Of a stretch of DNA of 64,000 nucleotides, positions 54,107 to 64,000 are shown piece by piece (within the stretch, counting starts at the first letter, position 1; the number at the start of each line of letters is the position of its first letter). The notes under the pieces were generated by a model, which worked only from the letters and a program-made list of their open reading frames with translations, was not told the origin of the DNA and did no database searches. Source of the stretch: Octopus sinensis (taxonomy: Eukaryota); the NCBI RefSeq assembly GCF_006345805.1, contig NC_043015.1, positions 36,890,001 through 36,954,000 of the forward strand, in the 5' to 3' direction. The translations under genes were made by a program, and so were the position numbers.

Positions 54107-54677
54107 AGAATGTCGTCAGGCGGTCACAGACAGCTACCAATCGGGCAGGCAAGACAGTGATCCTTTGCCTGGCGGCCGTGATTGTAGAGGTTATTTGTTG
54201 GACAAAGCTGGAAAGCATAAGGACAGATAGGTTCGCCTTTGATAGAACTCTCATTGATTTCTTCAAGTTTCACTTGAAACGGAAATTGACATTGAATGCA
54301 GAAACGCAGTCCTCAACTGAGTTTATTGAAAGATCGGTTGGCAAGAGTGGATGGTGCGTCTCTAAGTGTAGCCCTGTGAGTCAGAATGAAGGGATTCAAG
54401 AGAGCACTTCCTCTTGTGACTTCAGAGAAATTTCGGACATCGGGGTTCCTCGACTATCCCGAGAGGCCGATCGGGAGGGCCACTTCTCTATCATCGTCCC
54501 CACCGATTTTTTTCTTTTTTTTTAACCTTTGAATCCTTTGCATATCTTCCAACTTTTTCCGTGTATACTTTCTTTCCTTCATTTTCTTCTTTCATCTCAT
54601 TAAATGTAATCCTCCACACTTTATGTCTGTCGTTGTATTGTCCTCCTCATCCTTCGCCCTTCTGGCAAACAAATGAC
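54107..54677 (+). mobile_element. Tx1/L1-like LINE 3' end (ORF2 C-terminus + 3' UTR)
   Basis: ILCLAAVIVEVICWTKL...LIDFFKFHLKRKL...EFIER resembles Tx1 ORF2 C-termini. Pyrimidine-rich UTR ending GCAAACAAATGA. Lies between (ACT)n and (ATT)n. Confidence 0.6.
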
Positions 54678-54690
54678 ATTATTATTATTA

Positions 54691-54756
<66 letters not shown>

Positions 54757-54758
<2 letters not shown>

Positions 54759-55313
54759 GAGTGAGAGAGCAGTTCATGCCATCAAAGTGACACTGGGGTA
54801 AAATATACGAAGCCCAATGTACCCATCATGGCTACCCGTCTGATAAGGGTACACCAGGCGCATGCATCACAACCATATGTGCGCGACTTGGTGATCTCAT
54901 ATCAAGATAAATAGCCCATGACCTTGCAGGTGGGGCCCAGTTAGAATTTTCTTCAGGTTGAGTAGCCCATCCCGCTCAAAAGGTCCCTGAATAAGGGTTG
55001 TTTAAGGATGTTGAAAGAACCACCCATGTTTCCAGAGGCGAATTATTCAAACCCCAAAGAATCACTCTCAACACATGGCTATGATGCTCCCCCACTACTT
55101 CTGCTCGTGATCAGAGATGCACATATCGTCAGCCACTAAGGGACATGCTCAACTGGTTAAGGTCAAACAACTGACAAGCAAATCTGTGGTATTGAGCAGA
55201 ATATTTGCTGTAGCCCATCTTTTATACCAAGACAAAACAATTTACATGATAACACTTCCAATCAGTTAAGATCAGAAGCCATGAGAGCCACTGCCTGGTA
55301 CTGCATCAGGGCA
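54757..55313 (-). mobile_element. Family D non-coding retroelement, full length, inside (TAA)n
   Basis: Homologous to 19194-19747. Long (ATT)n tracts directly on both sides. Confidence 0.9.
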
Positions 55314-55320
55314 TTATTAA

Positions 55321-55421
<101 letters not shown>

Positions 55422-55682
55422 TTGCCATTTCTCGGATTTCAGGAGCTTTGTCTCTATCTTCAACAAGTCATGTTCGATCGCTGCCCGGTTCTTAATGTCC
55501 ACTCAAATAACATAGTTTCTTGTTGTGTTTTTACCAATATTTTACTTCAAAAGAAGTTGACATTGTGCAATGTGTTGGATATTCATATGAGAGAGTCACA
55601 GCTGGAATGTTTTCGATCGTAGTTCAACTTGATTGGAGATGACCTGAAGTCGATCTACAACAGCAACAACTACTACTACTAT

Positions 55683-55751
<69 letters not shown>

Positions 55752-56022
55752 AACTACTATAAAAGACAACAGCAGCAGGAAGAAGAGCAACAATTGGTCA
55801 GTTATTGTTGAGTCAGAGGAACTTTTTCAATATTTTATATTTATGTTGTTTTTTTTTTTTTGTTTCATTTTGATCTCTTCAGATCGATGGTGTTTATAGA
55901 GCAAAGGTAATCGGTTGAATGACTTCGTGCTGTATATAGATATATGGCTTAGGTTATACGGAATATCTGTGCGCAGAATACAGATATACCGTTTCGGTGG
56001 TGCCAGTGTGCGTTTTTTTTAA

Positions 56023-56331
56023 TTTCTTCCTTCTCAGGCCATGCCTGGCTTATAAGGGCCGATTTCCCGGTTTCCGTGGCGTATAGGTTCCCCACCTGGA
56101 CGGGACGCCGTTCCGTCGTTCCGTCGCATGTGAGCTGCAAGATGCAGGAGGAAAGAGTGAGGGAAAGTTGTGGCGAAAGTGTCAGCAGAAGATCGCCATT
56201 ACCTTCTGCCGGAGCCGCGTGGAGCTGAGGTGTTTCGCTTATAAACACGCACATCGCCCGGTCTGAGATTCGAACCCGCGATCCCTCGACCGCGAGTCCG
56301 CTGCCCTAACCACTAGGCCATGTGCTTCCAC
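56023..56331 (-). mobile_element. tRNA-derived SINE (head shared with family C, different tail)
   Basis: Minus strand: TGGCCTAGTGGTTAGGGCAGCGGACTCGCGGTCG...GGTTCGAATCTC, with clear A and B boxes. Confidence 0.88.
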
Positions 56332-56730
56332 AGTGTGCGGTTGACAACAATGTAATGGAATCTGATATCTGCAATCGCTGTTCTTCTTGTTTAGCACTTT
56401 GACAACATTCAGAGGACACATGGATAGAGACATGACCACTTCATATGATATTTTATCTGAGGGTCCATTCTTCAATTTTTCTTCCTTTTTACAAACTCTA
56501 GAATGTGTTATCAAAGGACGTAGCTTATATTTCTTAGCGTTCCTGATCTCTTCGAGTAAATTTCTCCTGTATAGACTGCAGTAACAATCAGAACCAATCA
56601 AGTTCTTCACTACTTAAGCAATATTTATAAATGTTATTCACACTATATCACTGAGAACGAGAGCTTTCCAATCTTGATCATTCTGTCAGATATTTCAAGT
56701 AGTGCATATGTTTCTTCATAATGCTATTAA

Positions 56731-56953
56731 TTCATTAAGGCCCAGGGTACTTACATTTCTGAATATTACTTTTAAATGTTTACAGGTGATTGAAAATAGA
56801 TGAAAATGAAGAAAAGAATTATTAAAACTCCTTTACTTGAAGTAGAAATGGAAATACTCGGTGTCCTGTAGATAGGACACTGAGACAATGTGTTACAGCT
56901 TATTTAAGGTTTTCATTTAGTGTCCTATTTATAGGACAGTGGGACTTAATGAG
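56731..56953. mobile_element. piggyBac-type MITE
   Basis: TTAA at 56727-56730 and 56954-56957. TIRs TTCATTAAGGCCCA and TGGGACTTAATGAG. Internal palindromes GTGTCCTGTAGATAGGACAC and TGTCCTATTTATAGGACA. Confidence 0.65.
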
Positions 56954-57169
56954 TTAAGTCCCACCAAAATGCCGGACATTGATTGCCCGGAATCTCTAAT
57001 AATCCGGTTCGATTTACAAACAGGAACGCCAAATTCCCGCGCTCTCCATACTAGCTTAGTCGCACCTTGCATTGTACAGTGTTGATAAACTTGTATCATT
57101 TATACTAATGTACAGGTGCACACTTTTCAATTTTTTAATTAAATATTTGTTTAACATGGAATGTAACCG

Positions 57170-57630
57170 GCCCTGAGTTGTGTCTGTGTGGTAAGGAGCT
57201 TGTTTCTTTGCCATATGGTTCCGGTTCCGGTCCCATTTTGTGATACCTTGGGCAAGTGTTTTATACTATAGCCTCGGGTAGATTTTGTAAGTCCAATTTG
57301 AAGACGGAAAATATAAACAAGCCCCTGATACACATATGTTTATTTCAGTGTGTGTGTGTGTGTGTGTGTATGTGTTAGTGCGTGTTTTCTTGTTTATGTC
57401 TATTCCCCTCCCCACTGCTCGACAACCTAAATTGGTGTGTTTACTTCTTGTAACTTAAGAATTCTGAAACAGAACCAATAGAATTAAAAGCATACTTAAC
57501 ATACAAGTACTACGGTCGATTAGTACTGCAGTCGACTAAATTTGATCAGTGTCGTTTGTATCATCGGAGAATACCCCTCTTTCTTGAAGGTAGTGCCCCA
57601 ACATGGCCGCTGTCTAATGACTGAAAGAAG
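57170..57630 (+). mobile_element. SINE family E, diverged
   Basis: CTGTGTGGTAAGGAGCTTG...ACCTTGGGCAAGTG...CATGGCCGC...ATGACTGAAAGAAG. Confidence 0.8.
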
Positions 57631-58288
57631 GAAAATAATCCACCATGCAGGTCTCGGGTAAAAATCCTCTTTGTCCAGTTTTTTTCATTAATTACAGGTA
57701 AAGCCAAAACCAAAATTTCCGTCCTCAACGTTTTGAATCAGGCTTTAAAACTTTGTAGATATTCAATCTTTATGTATTTAGATTGAAACATTGAAACATT
57801 GTGAAAAATTGGGCAACGCATTTATTCTTCAAATATTGCAATAAGAAAGATAATTCAATAAGTTTCTAGTGAGGGTGTGGTTGGGTGGTCCTAATTACGT
57901 TGAGTATTAAACATAGAACGGGACATGTGCAATTACCTAGTTCAGAAGTATAAAGGCTTTATTAGTAGAAGGGAAGCAAAGATAGGTCTGCATTTAATCT
58001 CAATGCACTGATTATTTCCTTATATGGTTCACACTTTTCCTTCTGAAGTGGTCAAAGGTTATTACGTAGAGGATGTTCATTTAACTAGTTCTATTTTACA
58101 TGCAATTTTGTATGTCGGTTCTTTTACACCAGAAATAATCTGTTGGTGGTTCCAGACATTCTTTTTTCATGCAGTCGAAAGTATTGATCGTTTTATTCCA
58201 GAATTTCAGGATGAACGGTATCTGGGTTATTTTCTGATTATCGTTTCTGTGAAGTAGCTTTGACTGAAGAACAAAGAAGCACACATAA

Positions 58289-58319
<31 letters not shown>

Positions 58320-58764
58320 ATAAGACTGAAACACCGCGATATCTCAAGGTCTTCTTAAACCGTTGAATTGCATTTTGCATGATCACAACTTCTAAAGAGA
58401 GATGTTCCCCGATGACAAAAACGACACTGATCAGAGACTCAATTTCCGACAGGATATATTGACAATAAATAGACAGATTCGCTGTAGATGAATAAATTGT
58501 TATACAAGATTTTTTCAAAGTCAGCTCACGTGCGTCGCATAATAAATAATAAATGCCTTATATCATTGAACATTTTCACGGTATGTTTAGTTCCGTTGTC
58601 GAGTACAATTCGTTTTTACTATATTATTTGTTGGTAACCTCTGTGACAGTATCATGTCGTAATGATCTACAGTCTTGTCTGGAGTTGCTTTTACGTACGT
58701 TAATCGGTGCATCGTGTAGAAAATACTCATTGTGATACGATTAATGGCAGAAGGACGGAAAGCA

Positions 58765-58952
58765 GGCAGAGTTGTAGGCATGCGGAGCAAATTGCTTCGT
58801 GGAGTTTCGTCCGTCTTTGTATTCTAAGTTCAGCTTCCACGGAGATCGTCTTTCTCCTACAACTTTCCGGGGTCGATAAAACAAGTACTGGGTTTGATTT
58901 AATCGGCTTAACCCCTTTTCCTAAATTACTGGTCTTATGCCAAAATTTGAAA
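58765..58952 (+). mobile_element. SINE family B, diverged
   Basis: CTTTCCGGGGTCGATAAAACAAGTACTGGG core preceded by a tRNA-like head. Confidence 0.6.
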
Positions 58953-59665
58953 GTGATAAGATTAATGACAGACTTGTGAGTCACGTGAATGTAAGTGTTG
59001 CTCCAATTGCATCTCCAGAAGATGAACATTTTCAGCATTTAACAAAATCAGTCAAGTGATTGTTAAAGCATAGTTTATAATGGTAAATATCTTGGAGAGA
59101 AATCGGAGTCGTATATGAGACAAGAAGGCACAATTATATATCAATACAAACGTCAATCAATATTTATGTAGAATGCGAAAATTAACGTAAATAAGAGAAT
59201 TTCATCATCATCCTGGAATAGACATGAATGACTAACGCCTGTAGACGATTGTTTAGAAACCACGTGGTCTTCTTGTCGTCCCCACAAAGCGAAGTATTAA
59301 ACAGTTGTATTTTATCATTGTTTTGGTTTGAGAAAATCTTGTACATGGAATATGGTAGACTGAAATAGCTAGGAAATACTTTAGAATGAACTGTAGATGT
59401 ATGTGAAAATGGTTGCACTCTGTATCTCGGGAATAGACCCTGCGGGATATTTGGCCTCGGAAACGTAACTTCAATGAGTTTGCGATGCAATTGATCGAGC
59501 AGGAATCACATCCCGGAAACCAGACAACTTACATTGTATCTCTTTTGAGATCGGCAATGTGTCGGTCTAAAGCTGTAAGCGAATCGCTATTCCTTCCTTC
59601 CTTCCTTCCTTCCTTCCTTTCATTCACTTTATATATTATATATATTTATACACATTGTATATATA

Positions 59666-59707
<42 letters not shown>

Positions 59708-60434
59708 CATAAACCCGCTGAGAGAGAAAGAGACAGACAGATAGAGAGAAAAAAGAAAGAGAGAAGGGGAGAGAGTATATACATGGCGTTATGGAGTCAA
59801 TGTGGCGTGTACCATTCCGCTTGGTTCTTTATTACTTGTCATTCCTGTCGTACAAATATATTTTCATCTATCAGCCTATATTCGTTAAAGAATTCAAATG
59901 AAAACTTATTAATCAATAACAAGTTTAGATAATTATATAAGAATATAAATAGTTGCCAAAAATGGCCTTTGAAGAATATATGAAATTCTGTAAATGTTCT
60001 TTGAAATTCTCATTCCATCATTTATGTAAATTTTACTTGTATTTTTCGAAAAATGCTTTATACCTCAAGGAATGAATTATTTCAATTCCATTTCAATTGC
60101 AATGTTTTCTAGAGGGCGAAATGGCTTACCCTTTTTTTCTGAAAGTGAATGACACGTTTAAAGAATTCTCTGTGTGTTTCTAACGTAAATTTACTGGATT
60201 CCAGAAATCAAATAATATTGATGTTTCCAATATGGATTCTGAAAACCAACAACTTGAAAAATTCAAAAGTTCTTTTATAATTCGTTACTTAATGTTTTTG
60301 TTTTTTTTTTGTTACTGTTTCTTTATATATTTGTTCTTCATCTCTTTCTAAACATTTTGAAAGCCTCTTCCGAAACCCATTTTCCGCTGTATTCACCCTT
60401 AATTCAATTGAATTATATGATAAATTGCAGGAAA

Positions 60435-60470
<36 letters not shown>

Positions 60471-61279
60471 GTATATAGATAGATAGTTAGATAGATAGAT
60501 AGATAGATAGATAGATCGATAGATAGATAGATAGAGACAGAGAGAGAGAGAGAGATGGATAGATAGATGGATAGATTAGATAGATACGTATACTTATATT
60601 TTACATAAATATGTACATATACATATATATAAATATACACATATATATATATGTGTGTGTGTATTATAGAGAGAGATAGAGAAAGCTAGATAGAGTGATA
60701 GATACATATAGATACGTATATATACATATATACATATATGCACAAACACACACACACATATACAAAACATTCATATTCGAAACATACGTGCACACACAAA
60801 AGCACACACGCACGCAAACACCCACACAGAAACATACATGTGCGTGTGTGTATGCAGATGTATGTATATATAAATAACATTGAAGCTTCTTTTTAGCTCT
60901 CTTCAATTTTATTCCTCTCGAAAGGTTTCAATTGAAGGAAAAACGATTTTATCCACGTATTTCTTCGTCCTTCATTTTCCATTCTAATTCTAATTGCACT
61001 ATATAATTTTATTTAAGCAACCGCAGAAATTTTAAAACACTTCTTCTTTTTTTTACCTAACATGAAAAATTTTCCAGTGATGTGAAGGAGATGAGTGTGG
61101 GGATATTTCAAGAGATAAACAACATGAAGACATTATGAGCATTTTGGAATTATCAGTGCTTTATTTTTATATCATGTTTTGCAGCATTGAAATAGGAGAG
61201 AAGCTTCATATTGAAATAGTATAAAGCGAGAAAGCAAAAGAAATAAAATCGTATGCTAAGTGTATTGTTTCTGTTTTCA

Positions 61280-61620
61280 ATCCCTGAATCCTGGCTTGCT
61301 TAATTCCCAGAGCTTTATACCAACATATTTTCGCCATGATTTTATGGATAGATTATCGATAGCTTGGAATGAATTCTTTCGTCCAAGAGACATTCTATTT
61401 CCTTTATCTTTGATAACAATGTCCGCCTGATTAACCTGAATATCTGTCTGTGTGTAGATTGACATATCACAGAATTTGGTTTCTTTGTGATTCTTTGCTA
61501 TCTTTTCTTTGATCTGTGTATATGGCAACACCTTCCTGTCAGAATACTGGCAGGATTTGAAGTCTTTGGAAGACCAAACTTTGTAAAGTAACGGAAATGA
61601 GCGTAAAAGTTTCCACTCCC
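61280..61620 (-). mobile_element. Degraded restriction-like endonuclease fragment of an R4/Dong-type element
   Basis: DMSIYTQTDIQVNQADIVIKDK resembles D..I.TD..I.ANRPDIV..DK (PD..D endonuclease motif). Confidence 0.55.
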
Positions 61621-61725
61621 GAAGCAATGAGCGAGAAATACAGAAAGAAAGAAGGCAGCATCAACGCCATAAGTGAAACACGCTGTAATATGTTCCTCTC
61701 TTCCCCCTATCTCTCTATCAATCTA

Positions 61726-61756
<31 letters not shown>

Positions 61757-61765
61757 ATCTCTCTC

Positions 61766-61842
<77 letters not shown>

Positions 61843-61860
61843 AATCTATCTATCTATCTA

Positions 61861-61897
<37 letters not shown>

Positions 61898-61900
61898 AAT

Positions 61901-61961
<61 letters not shown>

Positions 61962-61990
61962 AGTGTTTTGTCTGCCTGTCTGTCTGTCTG

Positions 61991-62022
<32 letters not shown>

Positions 62023-63619
62023 ATATATTTATGTTCAGCTAACTTTCATTTTATCCAGATAGATGGAGTGACAAACATATGAATGCATGTATGTATTCCC
62101 GTGTATTCACGCGCGGAAAACTTCTCCACAAACATATATATAAGTCTAAATGTACAAGTGCACGTATAAGTGCGAGTTTGTGTGCATGTATGAATAGATG
62201 GACGTATAGATGTGTGTGTGTGTTTATGTGGGAATGTATGCACTGTAAATAGATTTGTGTGGACGCGCATATGTACCTCTGTGCATGTATGTATATATAT
62301 ATATATGTATGTATGTGTGTGTGGAGATATGCGCTGCAAATAAATTTTTGGAACTTACATCACTCTGTCCTGTTCTCAATTCACGTTATTGCGCATGCGC
62401 TGTATAACCTGAAAGAAAGCGGATATCAAAGCTTATATGTCTACATAACAATAATAGTAATGATGAGCTTAACAACAGCAACAAGAACAGCATAACACAA
62501 TAGTAATAATATAAGTAGAAACCCACATACGTGTGTGTGTGTGTGTGTGCGTGGTGGGTGGGGTTATATTGATTTTCACAGAAGCATTAGTAAATTCTTC
62601 AGAGATCTTTAAGCAATCTACTGCAGGTTCTGCAATAAATTGTAAGACATTTATTCCGGCATCAACAGTAAAAACATTTTATGCGAAGCTATTTATTTAT
62701 TGAAAATTAATCATAAACTATTTCAGAAAACTCACCATTCTAATCTCATAATCTCGTCTTTACTGTATACTAATCCTATGTTATGGTCTATTCTATTTAA
62801 TCTGTAATGTTTCATTCTTAATAAAAAACCACTGATTTTATTTTTTCGGAAACGGTCGTTATAGAATTATAATTTCACCTCATTTATTGTTCCATTCTCT
62901 TGTTCTGTTCTTTGAGAGAGACATCGATCCGAAAATCAGCAACTAAGCATTATTTTGTTTAATTCTCTCCCCTGTCAATTTGGTCTGCCGACTTTTGATA
63001 TTTTATTGTCTACGCGTCGACTGTTTCTTGTCGGGGGACCAATTTATTGCGGCCTGGTTAAGGCATCACGAATAACAAATGATTCGGAATAAACTATATA
63101 AAAATAATTTCGCTGTTATTATATAAACCACTAGTTTAATACTGTACTGACCATAGAGGAAAAGAAATGTGAAACTTTTATGTTGTCGTCACACTAGATG
63201 GAAATAGCTGCAATATCTCAAAACCATACTACATTCCAGCAATTACCACCACAGGGAATAAAAGATCACTCTAATCCTGTAAGGAAACATCAGGGGATCC
63301 CTGTAATCTGTCGAATATTTTCAAGTGTTGCAGTATCAAATGTAGTTATTCTGTTACCAATAATTTTTCTGTTACATAAATCTTTCAATTGAAATATTGA
63401 AAGCGAAGAAAGAAGTTTGTTTATATTTGATAAAATCAGAGTACTTTATTGAGTACAACATTGAAGTCTGCGGTATCTTTATCGTTCATCTTTTGTTGGT
63501 ATCGTCCAGAGATTGAGTCTATGCTGGGGCAGCGTTTTACAGGGTTTCTTTTCTGTACAGGTGTAGCGTGTTCGACGGAGCTACTCTTCATTCTGCATTC
63601 TGCTACAACATGATGGAAA

Positions 63620-63890
63620 ATTAAAAACGTTGGGACAATTTTGAGATCAAATGGTGACTCTTCTCTAAATTCAGACCCTATACCAATGGATCTAAAACAT
63701 GCTCAATGTGTTCAATTGAAGAACCGCATCGATTAAGACACCGAAACGTTTTGGTCATCTCGGCCCTGGTCGGACTGTCCAATGTTGAGTTAGATGCGTA
63801 AAACTTTGAATTCACTCTCAACACTAATCTTGTTGATGAATAATTATTTTGTACTCTACAAAACGCATTGTCTAATTCCTCAGAAAAAGA
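63620..63890 (+). mobile_element. Degraded PLE 3' end with hammerhead remnant
   Basis: QTLY.. ORF-end-like remnant, then CAA-UUGAAGA...GAAA-CG-UU-UUG at about 63713-63763. Confidence 0.35.
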
Positions 63891-64000
63891 GCAATATATA
63901 TATACACACACGCATACATATATATACATGCGTATATGTATATGTATATACATACATATATATATATATATGTGTGTGAGTGTGTGTGTATGTTGTGTGT

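Noticed and set aside
56260-56331. tRNA gene
   Set aside because: The tRNA-like head continues into a SINE body and tail, with no proper acceptor stem or terminator.
59253-59474. VYHIPC as a possible GIY-YIG remnant
   Set aside because: The second YIG motif is absent and the match is too short to support.
63290-63400. IRQITGIP (minus strand) as a possible PLE RT remnant
   Set aside because: A single short motif amid stops and frameshifts. It would need TBLASTN support.

Overview
AT-rich, microsatellite-saturated eukaryotic intergenic or intronic DNA. The repeat families look like those of Octopus (inference from SINE/PLE sequence style, not verified). I found no supportable host exon, and almost all ORF-track entries are translated microsatellites. 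The main content is a near-complete Neptune-type Penelope-like element (PLE, about 6510-9477). It encodes RT plus a Cys-rich linker plus GIY-YIG, with one 1-nt frameshift. Its conserved N-terminus has no ATG and is overlapped by an upstream ORF through an in-phase TTTTTTA slippery heptamer, a candidate programmed -1 frameshift. Other content: many PLE terminal fragments carrying minimal hammerhead ribozymes (two families with the compensatory U3-A8 core), a 1.15-kb fold-back palindrome of a PLE 3' end, R4/Dong and Tx1 LINE fragments, a (TAA)n-associated non-coding retroelement whose tail is also joined to the R4/Dong RT fragment, several tRNA-derived SINE families, Tc1-type and piggyBac-type MITEs, a Helitron 3' end, and a near-identical 1.79-kb tandem duplication.
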